A DNA stretch of 55,961 nt from Verrucomicrobiota bacterium (GCA_027622665.1 JAQBYT010000024.1:1-55961), one strand, 5' to 3'. Shown: positions 29,211 to 40,119, counted from the stretch's first letter. Translations and numbers: made by a program. Notes: a model not told the origin generated them from the sequence alone.

Positions 29211-31163
29211 CTACTTGATCGGGTTTTTTGCGTCAAGATAAGTCAGTACTCCACTGCCACCTGAATACCGAACGAGCAGGACACCTGTATCAGACCCAAT
29301 AACCTCGCCGTCCTGAGACGCATCTGCGGCACCCTCTTTTCTCCAACCCCCTCCACCGATGATCACTTGTGGTGCATAAGTGTAACCGCTCCCAGGACTA
29401 GTCACGGTAATTCCAGTAACTTTACCGCCACCGACCGTTGCCGTACCTTTCCCACCAGCACCTCCACCGCCAAGGAAATAAACTTGTGCGGTGCCGCTGT
29501 AACCTGCTCCACCTTCTCCAGTCGACCAAGTCGGAGTACCGCTAGAGGAATCGAAGTTGAAACTACGTCTTTTTTTGATGACGACGAAACCGGCCCCACT
29601 TGCTTCAACTGTAAATGTCTTGTTATGTTGACGAACTTTTAAACCGTTTCCAGCAGAAACATAGTTACGATCAATATCCAGTTCCTCACTTCCATCCTCA
29701 TTGATTTTGCGACCACGAATATCATGAAATGTGATGGAAAATCCTGCGGCAGGAACCGTTCCGCCGATCGTCACTTTCGAATAATCAGAAGCATTGGCTT
29801 CCGAATAAACAGTTGAGCCATTGGCACTACATGTTTGAATATTCGATACCGACCCAGTGGCCAAAGAGACATCGCTACTGGACATCGTCCCGCCAGCGGG
29901 AGCTTTTGCAGATGCAGTAGCTACTCTCGTTATGCCGACGTTAACGCCGGACTTGTACCAATACTTCTTCCAAGTAGCGCCTTCGAGCAGAAATACATTG
30001 TCACCAGTATCTCCGCTGGCATCAGCAGTAGGTTTGAATTTGTCATTACCTGTCCCAATACTGGTTGGAGAGATCAATTCGGCAAAAAGAATATCCGTAC
30101 CGAAAGGATTATTCATTACGAATTGTTTGCCGGCTGCGGGCAACTGCATTTTTTGGTCGGTAGATAGAACCGTACCATCCGACGCCAAGTTAAGCGCGGA
30201 ATTAGTTCTGCGAGCGATAATGAATCCCTCGTCAGGCCAAACCACGGTATCGTTAGAAGGCGTTCTGGAGCGAATAAGTTGGTTGTACCATCCTTTACCG
30301 ATACTACCAGCCCCGCCGAAATGATAGTAAGGAGCATAAAAACCAGATGCCATATCCCATAAATAAATAAGATCTCCACTGTAGGCGTTACCACTGGTAA
30401 CAAGAGGGGTTTCCGTCCCAAATGTTTCACCCAACGTACTGGCTCTTATAATTTCGACCTCGAAATCCGTTTCGAAGATGCTGGAGATCGTTTCACTATT
30501 GGGATTGCTCACCGTAACAGTCGTTACTGAGTTAGCAGAGATAAGGAAAGAACGCCCTTCATAGTCGGATCCGCTCTCGGTGACACGAATGAGATAAGGT
30601 CCGCAATCCACCGTTACCTCCGGAACGCTCGTATAACCGGAACCTGCGTTAGTTATGGTAATACCAGTGATCTTGCCACCCGAGACCGTAGCGGTAGCGG
30701 TAGCCGCGTCGTCACCCGAGTCTGGATCGCCAATCGTAATCGTGGGAGGGTTGGCGTTATCCAAGCCGGAACTTTCCGTATTGGTTCCTGAAATGGGATT
30801 GCCAGCTTCATCCGTAAGACCCGTAAGTGCACCTCCGCCAATTGCCGCTTTCAAATGAGCGACACCTGCGGCTAAGGCGTTTGGGACAAAAGGATTGATG
30901 GTATTACCATCGCTATCAGTGGTTGTCTCGAAGGTAAGGACATTTCCACTCACACTGGCAACCGCACCTTCATAAAACGGGTCACCGGAAACTCCAATGC
31001 TGGCTACCTTGTAACTAGGAGTAGCAACAGTTCCCGCGGGAACGGACAGACTGGCAGCCCCGCTCACTTGAGCTACCTCATCAGCTGCGAGCGAGATGGT
31101 GAAAATGAAACCGAGCAGGAAAGAAAATGCTACGGCAAGTGGGTGATTTGTTTTAATCTTCAT
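29211..31163 (-). CDS. Secreted TIGR02597-like verrucomicrobial protein with GSGY beta-repeat inserts
   Basis: Signal peptide; STLGETFG...GDLIYLWD...NDTVVWPDEGFIIARR pattern; family call from memory of motifs only. Start 31163 or 31169. Confidence 0.6.
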   Translation of the reverse strand: MKIKTNHPLAVAFSFLLGFIFTISLAADEVAQVSGAASLSVPAGTVATPSYKVASIGVSGDPFYEGAVASVSGNVLTFETTTDSDGNTINPFVPNALAAGVAHLKAAIGGGALTGLTDEAGNPISGTNTESSGLDNANPPTITIGDPDSGDDAATATATVSGGKITGITITNAGSGYTSVPEVTVDCGPYLIRVTESGSDYEGRSFLISANSVTTVTVSNPNSETISSIFETDFEVEIIRASTLGETFGTETPLVTSGNAYSGDLIYLWDMASGFYAPYYHFGGAGSIGKGWYNQLIRSRTPSNDTVVWPDEGFIIARRTNSALNLASDGTVLSTDQKMQLPAAGKQFVMNNPFGTDILFAELISPTSIGTGNDKFKPTADASGDTGDNVFLLEGATWKKYWYKSGVNVGITRVATASAKAPAGGTMSSSDVSLATGSVSNIQTCSANGSTVYSEANASDYSKVTIGGTVPAAGFSITFHDIRGRKINEDGSEELDIDRNYVSAGNGLKVRQHNKTFTVEASGAGFVVIKKRRSFNFDSSSGTPTWSTGEGGAGYSGTAQVYFLGGGGAGGKGTATVGGGKVTGITVTSPGSGYTYAPQVIIGGGGWRKEGAADASQDGEVIGSDTGVLLVRYSGGSGVLTYLDAKNPIK

Positions 31164-31331
31164 AGCCATGAAGTGGTTAATTGTTAAGAAGCTAGCTTTA
31201 TCTATATTAGCCAAACTATGCAAAATGATACGTTTTTTTTTAGTGAATTATCAAAGGAAATCTCACTTTGTTTCATTATGCCTTATGAATCAATGCCTTA
31301 CGAATTGAGAAAGTTCTCATTAAATTGCAAT

Positions 31332-32516
31332 TCAATCAGGTTTCGCCAACATCCAAGCACCCCCGCACGCACAAAGTGCATTTGGACACCAAGACCAAAG
31401 AGCAGGCCGAAGGTTACTGAAATCGCGTAGCGCTTCTGGCAGAAAAGTAACCAGAAAGAAATAAAACATCGCGAAACAGAGAGCGATACCGGCGTTGAGC
31501 ATGGTTTCTCGACGACCGACCCGGAGGGACAACGGCAATGCCATAATCGCCAAACAAATGGGAGAACATCCCAGGGCCAGGTTCTTGTTGAGAAGGATGG
31601 CAATATCAAGGCGTTGGTCTTCGTTGGCGGGATCGAGATAGGCTTGATACAACTGGGAATAGCCTAGTCTTTTAAAGTTAGTGCCGGAAGAGCCGTCGTT
31701 GAGAGGCAGTTCGAGAGGTTCGCTCCATGACTCGAAGGAAACGAAAGACGGGCTGCGGGCGCTTCCGGAAACCGAGGAGTTGAAGTCTCCCTCAAGGTCT
31801 ATTCCCTCTAAATACAAAGCTAATACGCCCCGAACGGTATCGCGACGAACTGTTGCGGATCGAGCGGAGAGCACTCCCACCATGCGGTCTGAATCATCAC
31901 GAAAGGAAAGTCTCAAATCTCGCCAAACATCGCCTTCCACATTACCCGCCGCAAGTCCGCATCGCCTGATCTCGGGTCCCATCAGCGAGCGTAAAGCGGC
32001 TGAAGAATCTTGAGCTTTTCCTTCCTCGGCTACGGGAGGGATATCGAAGGTCAGAACACCGTCACGTTTCAATATGATATCGAGGCTGTTCAAAACGATT
32101 TCGGTTTTTCGCAAATCAAAGAGCGCTCGACTGCGAGGTCCCCACTCCCCGACCAAAAAGACACTGAGCACCGAAAACAAGAGTGCGAGCAATACTACGG
32201 GGTAAAGTACCGTCCACACGCCTAGACCCACGGTACGCATGGCTAGAATTTCCTTGTCGGCCGCCATTCGCCCGAGCGAGAGAAGAAGCCCTACCACAAA
32301 CCCCAAGGGCAAGGCATAGGCGGCGGCATAGGGTATCAATAATCCGGACAGGGTGAAAAAGCTTTCGGGCGAATGGAAAAGAGCCTGAAGGAAATATTCG
32401 TCGTTCCGGACGACATTTCCATAAAATAAAATCACACACACTACGGCAAAAGAAACCGAGGTAGCTATGCTCACTTCTCTGAACAAGTAACGAAAAAGTA
32501 GTGAACTTCTGATCAT
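31332..32516 (-). CDS. LPS export permease LptF/LptG family
   Basis: LFRYLFRE, ALPLG...GRMAADKEILAMRTVG, WSWCPN; 3+3 TM layout. Confidence 0.88.
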   Translation of the reverse strand: MIRSSLLFRYLFREVSIATSVSFAVVCVILFYGNVVRNDEYFLQALFHSPESFFTLSGLLIPYAAAYALPLGFVVGLLLSLGRMAADKEILAMRTVGLGVWTVLYPVVLLALLFSVLSVFLVGEWGPRSRALFDLRKTEIVLNSLDIILKRDGVLTFDIPPVAEEGKAQDSSAALRSLMGPEIRRCGLAAGNVEGDVWRDLRLSFRDDSDRMVGVLSARSATVRRDTVRGVLALYLEGIDLEGDFNSSVSGSARSPSFVSFESWSEPLELPLNDGSSGTNFKRLGYSQLYQAYLDPANEDQRLDIAILLNKNLALGCSPICLAIMALPLSLRVGRRETMLNAGIALCFAMFYFFLVTFLPEALRDFSNLRPALWSWCPNALCACGGAWMLAKPD

Positions 32517-33286
32517 CCGGCTTCTGCTTCCGCAGCAAGGAGCAAAGGAGCAACCCGCACCAAGTCCTCGGGAGTGTCGACCCCGATGGAAAGATCCTCG
32601 GTCAACACCACGGCAATACGACGCCCGTGTTCCAACGCCCGCAATTGTTCGAGCTTTTCAACCTTTTCCAGATTCCCTTGCGGGAGTGCGGTAAAGGCAC
32701 GAAGAAATTCAGCCGTGTAGCCATATATTCCGAGGTGACGAAGCAAGGGCAGGGTCTTCTTTTCCACCTCTTCCACATCATCTCGTGGATAAGGAATCGA
32801 TGCCCGCGAAAAATACATCGCAAATCCATTAGCGTCACGCACCACCTTCACGACATTCGAATCTTGAAAGTCTTCCGAGTTGAGGATGGGAGTGGCCAAA
32901 GTGGACATATCTGCCTCGGGTTTTTCAATCGCTTCCGTCAAGGCGAGGATTTGACTGCGAGTGACAAGAGGTTCATCAGCCTGAACGTTGATTAATCGCA
33001 CCGCTCCGATAGTCTCGTTGGCTGCCGCGATGCGGTCTGTGCCGCTCGGCAAGTCCGGATTGGTAAGAATAGTGGAAAAACCCGCGTTGCTCAAGACGTC
33101 GCCGATCTCCTCGCTGTCCACCGCAAACCAAAGAGGAAACTCGGGAGCTTCTCGAGCGATTCGCATGGCTGTCCAGAGAACTAGGGGTTTCCCGGACACC
33201 TCCGCCAAAAGTTTGCCGGGGAAGCGAGCAGAAGCCAACCGGGCCGGCACCACGATTACGGTTTGCGGCGTCAAGGAGTGATCCAT
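32513..33286 (-). CDS. kdsB: 3-deoxy-manno-octulosonate cytidylyltransferase
   Basis: PARLASARFPGKLL, SGTDR, NVQADEP, HLGIYGY, EKLEQLRALE; AAGGAAAGG before ATG at 33286. Confidence 0.95.
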   Translation of the reverse strand: MDHSLTPQTVIVVPARLASARFPGKLLAEVSGKPLVLWTAMRIAREAPEFPLWFAVDSEEIGDVLSNAGFSTILTNPDLPSGTDRIAAANETIGAVRLINVQADEPLVTRSQILALTEAIEKPEADMSTLATPILNSEDFQDSNVVKVVRDANGFAMYFSRASIPYPRDDVEEVEKKTLPLLRHLGIYGYTAEFLRAFTALPQGNLEKVEKLEQLRALEHGRRIAVVLTEDLSIGVDTPEDLVRVAPLLLAAEAEAG

Positions 33287-33386
33287 AGCACCTTTCCTTG
33301 CCGACAATTCCCTCGACAGGCAAGGCATTCCTGAGAGAGGGCTTTCTTGACGAAACGGGTCTTTTAGACAGAATGATGATTCTTAC

Positions 33387-34625
33387 ATGAATTCCGCAAC
33401 CCTATCGACACCCACTCTGGATCGTTTTTCCCTGCCCGACCGGCATGGCCGTTTTGGTCCCTACGGGGGTGCATTCGTGCCCGAGACACTGGCTCACCCG
33501 CTACAACAGCTCACCGCTGCCTACGAGGAGACGAAGAACGATCCCGTATTCCAGAAAGAGCTAAAGCAACAATTGAAGAGTTTCGCGGGACGCCCCACCG
33601 GGTTGTACTTTGCCGAACGCCTGACTCGTGAATTGGGAGGAGCCAAGATTTACCTGAAGCGCGAGGACATGCTCCATACGGGTGCCCACAAGATCAACAA
33701 TGCTCTAGGTCAAGCTTTGCTGGCCAAAAAGATGGGCAAGAGCCGCATTATCGCAGAGACTGGAGCCGGGCAACACGGCATCGCGACTGCAGCGGTCTGC
33801 GCGCGTTTTGGATTCGACTGCGTAATCTACATGGGAGCAGAGGACATGCGGCGACAGGCTCTGAACGTATTTCGAATGCGCTTGAGTGGGGCCGAGGTAC
33901 GAAGCGTGGAAGCGGGGAACCGCACACTCAAGGAAGCTATCAACGAAGCCATGCGCGATTGGGTCACCAATGTTAGGAGCACTCATTACATTTTGGGCTC
34001 GGCGCTGGGTGCGCACCCCTACCCCGGGATGGTTCGTGATTTCCATCGAGTTATAAGCACGGAAACCAAAGAACAAATCTTAGATCTCGAGGGGCGACTG
34101 CCCGATGAGATGGTCGCCTGCGTGGGCGGTGGCAGCAACGCCATCGGCTTCTTCTTCGATTTTTTGGAAGAGGAGGCAGTTCGCCTAGTGGGAGTGGAAG
34201 CAGGTGGACGCAACCTAGAGGATGGCCAACACGCGGCTCGATTCGAGGGGGGGCGACTGGGCGTGCTTCAGGGTTGCAAGACCTGGATTCTCCAAAATGA
34301 CGACGGCCAGATAAATCAGACCCACTCCGTCTCCGCAGGTCTAGATTACGCCGCCATCGGTCCCGAACACGCCTATTATCGGGACAGAGGCCGTATAGAC
34401 TTTACCCATGCGGGAGACGACGACGCCCTACACGCCTTCCGCAAGCTGTCCGAGACCGAAGGCATTCTGCCAGCACTGGAATCGTCTCACGGGCTCGCAT
34501 ACGCCTTTAGAAGAGCTAAAGAAATGCCGCAGGATTCAATACTTTGCGTAAACCTAAGCGGGCGTGGAGACAAAGATGCGATGGAAGCGGCTCGCATCTT
34601 AGGTGAAGAAGCCCTAATGCCATGA
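33387..34625 (+). CDS. trpB: Tryptophan synthase beta chain
   Basis: [43 protein letters not shown]. Confidence 0.97.
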   Translation: MNSATLSTPTLDRFSLPDRHGRFGPYGGAFVPETLAHPLQQLTAAYEETKNDPVFQKELKQQLKSFAGRPTGLYFAERLTRELGGAKIYLKREDMLHTGAHKINNALGQALLAKKMGKSRIIAETGAGQHGIATAAVCARFGFDCVIYMGAEDMRRQALNVFRMRLSGAEVRSVEAGNRTLKEAINEAMRDWVTNVRSTHYILGSALGAHPYPGMVRDFHRVISTETKEQILDLEGRLPDEMVACVGGGSNAIGFFFDFLEEEAVRLVGVEAGGRNLEDGQHAARFEGGRLGVLQGCKTWILQNDDGQINQTHSVSAGLDYAAIGPEHAYYRDRGRIDFTHAGDDDALHAFRKLSETEGILPALESSHGLAYAFRRAKEMPQDSILCVNLSGRGDKDAMEAARILGEEALMP

Positions 34626-35497
34626 ACAGCATGACGGGCTTTGGGCGAAGTTGCTTTCGCCATGAACAATTCAATATCATCCTTGAGGTTTCCTCGGTAA
34701 ACAAACGTCATTTTGAAGCGGTTTGCTCACTGCCTAAGGAGTGGCAAACCCTCGAGCGGGCATTATTGGAACGGGCTCGGGGAAAGATCCAGCGAGGACG
34801 CCTGCGTATCCATGTCCGCCCTGAAGAGGCAAGCGTACAAAACAGCTCGGATGATTGGATTGAGAAAAATCTTGCCGCGGACTTGGATAAACTCGAAGCG
34901 TTTGCCAAAACTCGCGGTATCCCTTTCGAACCGGACGCCCATTTGATTGCTCGCCTAGCATCCTCTCGGCGAACCGAGAGTGGTCTCCCGTCTGCAGATA
35001 GTGTCGAATCCGAACTACTGAAAGCGGCCGACAAGGCTCTACAGGATCTCGTGACCATGCGGGCCGAAGAAGGTAAAAGGCTGGCGGAAGATCTATTCGC
35101 GCGCATTGCCACGCTCGAAACATTCGCAGCGGACATAGCAATTTCGGCAAAAGACACTGCGAATGAATGGCGAGACAGGCTTCTCGAACGGCTCCGCAAG
35201 GCCGAGTTATCGATCGATCTCGATGACGAGCGAGTCCTCAAGGAGTTTACGCTTTTCGCCGACAAGGCAGACATCTCGGAGGAAATCACTCGTTTACGTA
35301 GCCACTGCATCCAATTCCGAGAGAGCTTGGATACGAAAGATGCAGTCGGTCGTAAGCTCGAATTTATTCTTCAAGAGATTTCTCGCGAGTTGAACACACT
35401 ATGTGCGAAAGCCTCTCGACCGGAAACCAATCGCCTCGGACTGGACGCCCGGAACGAAGTGGAAAAGCTACGCGAACAAGTCTTGAACTTGGAGTAA
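34622..35497 (+). CDS. yicC: YicC/YloC family endoribonuclease
   Basis: [40 protein letters not shown]. Confidence 0.92.
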   Translation: MNSMTGFGRSCFRHEQFNIILEVSSVNKRHFEAVCSLPKEWQTLERALLERARGKIQRGRLRIHVRPEEASVQNSSDDWIEKNLAADLDKLEAFAKTRGIPFEPDAHLIARLASSRRTESGLPSADSVESELLKAADKALQDLVTMRAEEGKRLAEDLFARIATLETFAADIAISAKDTANEWRDRLLERLRKAELSIDLDDERVLKEFTLFADKADISEEITRLRSHCIQFRESLDTKDAVGRKLEFILQEISRELNTLCAKASRPETNRLGLDARNEVEKLREQVLNLE

Positions 35498-35548
35498 GTA
35501 GAAAGGTGAGGTAGCCCCTTCACCATCCTTATTTCTCTCTCCACGCGC

Positions 35549-36091
35549 CTACGAGTCGGAGCTATTGGTCGTCTCCGATGCCAACGCTGCTTTCTTCTCT
35601 TCAGCCGCTTCACGAAATCCACGAATCACATAGCTAATGACTCCCAAGAAGATAAAGGAGTCGGCCAAATTGAATATCGGGTAATCATACTCCAGAAGTG
35701 GAAGGTAAACATCTAAAAAGTCCACCACCTCGGCAGGTGTCCGAAATAGCCTGTCGCAAAGGTTCCCGGCGATGCCACCGGCAATACTGCCAAAAATAAT
35801 TTGAGGTCCAACCTTTTCAAGCTCAAGGCTGTGGCGAAAGAAATAAATGCTGATCAAGGCTACAAAAGCAAGCACAGTAAGTACCCCCGGATAATCGGAA
35901 AACATGCTCCATGCGGCTCCGGGATTGGTGATGTAAGTCAATTCGAGGAACGCTTCCGGACCATCAACGTAGTCCAACACCAACACGGGATGCTCTCTCC
36001 ATGCCGCCGCATTTCCCTGAGCCCAAGACTTCGTTACTTGATCCGCGGCAAGGACGCCTAGGCAAAAAGCCCAAAAACGGACTGCGCTCAT
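35549..36091 (-). CDS. lspA: Lipoprotein signal peptidase II
   Basis: DQVTK, NPGAAW, GNLCDR, VVDFL, FNLAD. Confidence 0.93.
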   Translation of the reverse strand: MSAVRFWAFCLGVLAADQVTKSWAQGNAAAWREHPVLVLDYVDGPEAFLELTYITNPGAAWSMFSDYPGVLTVLAFVALISIYFFRHSLELEKVGPQIIFGSIAGGIAGNLCDRLFRTPAEVVDFLDVYLPLLEYDYPIFNLADSFIFLGVISYVIRGFREAAEEKKAALASETTNSSDS

Positions 36092-36132
36092 CGTATTTTA
36101 GTTTGTTGAATCATGGAACCCGTGCGAAAGGC

Positions 36133-37149
36133 TTAAGCGTCGTCGTCCCCGAGACTGGCTTCAGACAAGGTTGCGAAGGCCCCTATTCCACCCCCTCCCG
36201 TGTCTTTGCGAGCACGCACATGCTGTTCGTACTCGGCCTGTCCCTCCAAGGAGTAACGCGTATAGGGAACGGCTTTAAGACGACTCTGCTTGATGGGTTT
36301 TGCCGTTTCCTCGCAAACACCATAAGTTCCATCGAAAACTCGATCTATGGCGCTCTCGACCTCATTGAGCATCTCCTGCTCCCCCGCCACCATCGTAATA
36401 GCCACATCGCGATCAAACGACTCCGAACCCGCATCGGAAGAGTTTACGGAAAGTTCACCCGAACTTTCTCGGGAAGATGCCCCTATCGTATCCGCAGATC
36501 GTGCTCCCAAACCGACCTTCAACTGATCGCGCAACTTGAGGAGGCTAGTGTAAAAAGGTTTCCAACCGGCAGGCACTGTTGATGCATCACGATCGGGGCG
36601 AGTCGTGCTTTTATTTGGATTAAAACCAAGAATGTCAGCAACCGAAGCGGACTGGGTCTTGTTCTTGGCAAAAGACTGCACGTGTTTGGGAGCAGCCACT
36701 ACTTTCGCTCTGCGAATGGTTTGCTCGTTCACTGAGTCATCTTTTTCATTCTCGGTATCCTTCTTGCTGTCGAGAATGGATCTTACGTCGTCCAAGCTAA
36801 AACCAACTGCGGCAGCTGGCGGAGGAGAAACTGGAGAGTCCTTGGAATTCCCTTTTTTCGTTTCGACCGCGGCGACAGCCTCCGCCACATTAGTAGGAAC
36901 AGCATCCTCACTGGCCTTTTTCGCTGATTTCGCCGGAGTTTTCAGCGGCTTTCCAAGGGAAGCTTGCCCTGAAGCCACTTTATTGGTCGGCGGTTTCTTC
37001 TCAGGACTTTTTCGAATGGCCGACTCCTTCTTGGTGGATACTTGTTTCTTTACCGAAGTAGCGGCAGGCACCTTCTTTTGTTTCGCCGCCGTTTTAGCAG
37101 CTGCAGGCTTCTGGGCGACAGGTTTTTTTGTGATGGCTTGCTTGCTCAT
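36133..37149 (-). CDS. dksA: DksA/TraR family regulator with long Lys/Ala-rich N-terminal extension
   Basis: AIDRVFDGTYGVCEETAKPIKQSRLKAVPYTRYS; start at MSKQAIT. Confidence 0.8.
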   Translation of the reverse strand: MSKQAITKKPVAQKPAAAKTAAKQKKVPAATSVKKQVSTKKESAIRKSPEKKPPTNKVASGQASLGKPLKTPAKSAKKASEDAVPTNVAEAVAAVETKKGNSKDSPVSPPPAAAVGFSLDDVRSILDSKKDTENEKDDSVNEQTIRRAKVVAAPKHVQSFAKNKTQSASVADILGFNPNKSTTRPDRDASTVPAGWKPFYTSLLKLRDQLKVGLGARSADTIGASSRESSGELSVNSSDAGSESFDRDVAITMVAGEQEMLNEVESAIDRVFDGTYGVCEETAKPIKQSRLKAVPYTRYSLEGQAEYEQHVRARKDTGGGGIGAFATLSEASLGDDDA

Positions 37150-37171
37150 AAGAAAAGAGTTTTTTAGATTG

Positions 37172-39979
37172 TTAAGAAATTGCTTTGGTAGACAGGGCCT
37201 CTGCACATCTGGAAGAAACTTCGCCCCAAGGTTCAACATGTGTTAATTCGGGCACCCAACGCCAACTCCTAGGGCAACGGATCCCGGAAGCATGCCGAAC
37301 CTCTACGGTGGGTTCTCCTTGGGCGTTGTAATCGGCAGTTAAAATCACGCTAGAAGTAATAAACAACTCTGCCAAGCAGTCCTCATTTCGACTGAGTGCA
37401 GCGAAAGACTCGTTATCAGGATGACCGAAAACTTGAACCTCGGCGTCCAACGACTGGCCAATTACTTTCTCCACTCGAAGTTTTTCCAGAGCTTCATTCA
37501 CCGCCGTGGTCTTGAAGGCTAGAATGGCTCGAACGTCTTCGACTTTCGCACCCCCTCGCCAAGCACTATCGACTTCCGGCCAAGCCTGTAAAGCCAAGGG
37601 TTCGAGGCAAAAGTCACTCCCCTCCTCCAGGTACGCCCAAGCTTCGTCGGTGGTAAAAGGGATGACGGGGGCGAGCAATTTCACGAGAACTTGAAAAATA
37701 TGATCCAAGGCGGTCTGAGACGACCTGCGTAAAGGATCATTTGGCGAAAACGTGTATAGACGGTCTTTGAGCACATCGTGATAAACCGAGGAAAGAACAT
37801 TCGAACAATACCGATTCACGAACTGAATCCCACGGTGAAACTCATAAGCATCGAAAGCCTTTGTAACATCCTCGATCAGATCCGCCGTATTGTCTAGGGC
37901 CCAAAGGTCAATGGGCGAAAGTTGCTCGAGAGGAATGGAGTCCGTTTGCCTATCAAAGTCGAAAAGATTGCCGATTTGAAAGCGGAAGGTGTTCCGAATC
38001 GTCCGATACCCCCTGACGACTTGATCAAGAATCTCCTCGGAAAGCGGTATGTCTCGGCGAAAGTCCTCGGAACAAATCCAGAGGCGAAGCACGTCGGCGC
38101 CATAGCGCTTGACGTAGGATTCAACGGTTTGAGGTTTGCCATCACTCTTGGAAATCTTCCTGCCGTCTCCGTCGACGACAAAGCCATGCGTAATGATATG
38201 GGCATAAGGGGGAGCGCCGTCTGCTAGGAGTGCAGTCCAGAGAGAGGACTGAAACCACCCACGATGCTGGTCGCTCCCCTCCAAGTACAGGTCCGCGGGC
38301 CATTTCAGGTCTTCTTTTTGTCGAAGAACAGCTCGATGACTGCATCCTGAGTCAATCCAGACGTCGAGCGTATCGGAACCTTTCACCAACGTTTTCCCCT
38401 TCCAAGACTCGGGCAAATCAACACCTGCAAGCAATTCTTCCGCAGAAAGCTCGAACCAAAGGTCGGTCCCCCCATGCTCGACTTTATCGGCAAAGGATCG
38501 AATCAAGTTTGCGTCGAGCAAAGGTTCACCCTCCTCGTCGAAGAATACGGGAATGGGGACGCCCCAAGATCTTTGGCGAGAAATACACCAGTCCGGACGA
38601 GCCTCCAAAAAACCGCGAATGCGGTTGCGACCCCATTCGGGAGTAAAGGCAACCTCGTCCAGAGCATCAAGACCTGCATTACGAATATCATCCTTATCCA
38701 ACGAAACGAACCATTGATCCATCGCTCGGAACACAACCGGGGTCTTGCTGCGCCAGCAATGAGGATACTGGTGACTGTGATGCTCAAGGTGAAGCAGACT
38801 GCCGTTTTCTCGAAGAAGAGCGAGTACGCCTTCATTCGCCTCGCAACCTTTTTTCGTTCCGAGAACTGAAAGTCCGACAAGGCTTGCAGGCATTTGCCCG
38901 TCATCGAGGTAGCGACCGGCATCATCCAGAGGGCAATAGATTTCCATCCCGTTAGCCAAACCCGTCAGGTAATCGTCCAAACCGTGACCCGGCGCGGTAT
39001 GCACGCATCCCGTGCCCGCATCCATCGTGACGTAGTCGGCGGCAACAACCGGACTGTCTCTATCGATAAATGGATGACGACCAATCCAACCGACCAAAGA
39101 CTTGCCCGGCAATTCACGGCCAAGTTCATGGTTCTCCAATTCACAGGATTCAGCAAATTTTTTCGCCAAGGAGGCTCCCACCCAATATGAATTACCCTCG
39201 GATTTCACCTCGACGTAGGTTTCACGAGGATTTACGGCAATCGCAAGATTCGCGGGGATCGTCCATGGAGTCGTGGTCCAAATAACCAAAAAGGCATTGT
39301 CGCCTGCCATAAAGTCTCCGGATTCCCGCAAGGCGAACTTAACGTGTATGGCCGGACTTACGTGGTCTTGGTACTCGACTTCCGCTTCCGCCAAGGCAGT
39401 GCGGCAGGGAATAGACCAATAAACAGGTTTTTTGCTGCGGTACACGAATCCCTTATCCACAAATTCAGCAAACGTGCGTAAGATAACCGCCTCGTAATCA
39501 GGATCCATGGTGCGATATTCCCGATTCCAGTCGGCAAGCACACCGAGTCGCTTGAATTGGCCTCGTTGCTTTTCGATAAAGCTTTCGGAAAACTCCTTGC
39601 AGGCGCGCCTAAGTTCAAGAGGAGTGAAATCCTTTTCCTTACCTCGCAGATTCTTGGTAACCTTATGCTCGATAGGAAGACCGTGACAATCCCATCCCGG
39701 AACATAAGGAACGCGGTACCCGCAAGCGCTCTTGAAACGCACGATGACGTCCTTGAGAGTCTTGTTGAGGGCCGTCCCCACATGTACGTCGCCGTTTGTG
39801 AAAGGAGGGCCATCATGCAAAACGAAAGTTTCTCCATCAGCATTTTTCTCCTGCAGCTTGCCGTAAAGATCAACGCCATTCCAATGATCCAAGCGAAGCG
39901 GTTCGCGTTCGACGAGATTGGCTCTCATCGGAAAACCGGTCTGAGGCAAGTTGAGAGTTTCTTTAAGGTTAACGGACAT
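37172..39979 (-). CDS. ileS: Isoleucine--tRNA ligase
   Basis: LHDGPP, PGWDCHGLP, WTTTPWT, GTGCVH, WCISRQR, EGSDQHRGWF. Confidence 0.97.
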   Translation of the reverse strand: MSVNLKETLNLPQTGFPMRANLVEREPLRLDHWNGVDLYGKLQEKNADGETFVLHDGPPFTNGDVHVGTALNKTLKDVIVRFKSACGYRVPYVPGWDCHGLPIEHKVTKNLRGKEKDFTPLELRRACKEFSESFIEKQRGQFKRLGVLADWNREYRTMDPDYEAVILRTFAEFVDKGFVYRSKKPVYWSIPCRTALAEAEVEYQDHVSPAIHVKFALRESGDFMAGDNAFLVIWTTTPWTIPANLAIAVNPRETYVEVKSEGNSYWVGASLAKKFAESCELENHELGRELPGKSLVGWIGRHPFIDRDSPVVAADYVTMDAGTGCVHTAPGHGLDDYLTGLANGMEIYCPLDDAGRYLDDGQMPASLVGLSVLGTKKGCEANEGVLALLRENGSLLHLEHHSHQYPHCWRSKTPVVFRAMDQWFVSLDKDDIRNAGLDALDEVAFTPEWGRNRIRGFLEARPDWCISRQRSWGVPIPVFFDEEGEPLLDANLIRSFADKVEHGGTDLWFELSAEELLAGVDLPESWKGKTLVKGSDTLDVWIDSGCSHRAVLRQKEDLKWPADLYLEGSDQHRGWFQSSLWTALLADGAPPYAHIITHGFVVDGDGRKISKSDGKPQTVESYVKRYGADVLRLWICSEDFRRDIPLSEEILDQVVRGYRTIRNTFRFQIGNLFDFDRQTDSIPLEQLSPIDLWALDNTADLIEDVTKAFDAYEFHRGIQFVNRYCSNVLSSVYHDVLKDRLYTFSPNDPLRRSSQTALDHIFQVLVKLLAPVIPFTTDEAWAYLEEGSDFCLEPLALQAWPEVDSAWRGGAKVEDVRAILAFKTTAVNEALEKLRVEKVIGQSLDAEVQVFGHPDNESFAALSRNEDCLAELFITSSVILTADYNAQGEPTVEVRHASGIRCPRSWRWVPELTHVEPWGEVSSRCAEALSTKAIS

Positions 39980-40119
39980 AGGCTGGGTTGCCGCAAATGG
40001 TAGCAGAGGCGACAGGAAAATGTCCGTTTCCGAGTTCAAGTCAAGGGTCGATAGACAATTAGCGCTCTCTTTTTACTTGCTTTCCCCCAATAGAATATCA
40101 GCCTCCCGCCCATTTCTAG

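Noticed and set aside
29350..30710. Prophage, suggested by phage-like GSGY repeats
   Set aside because: The protein has a signal peptide, and no capsid, terminase or integrase genes are present.
33387..34625. trpB without adjacent trpA
   Set aside because: Dispersed trp genes are common; not evidence of a novel function.
36605..37246. 213-aa + strand ORF rich in Phe/Ala
   Set aside because: Antisense of the Lys/Ala-rich DksA N-terminus.
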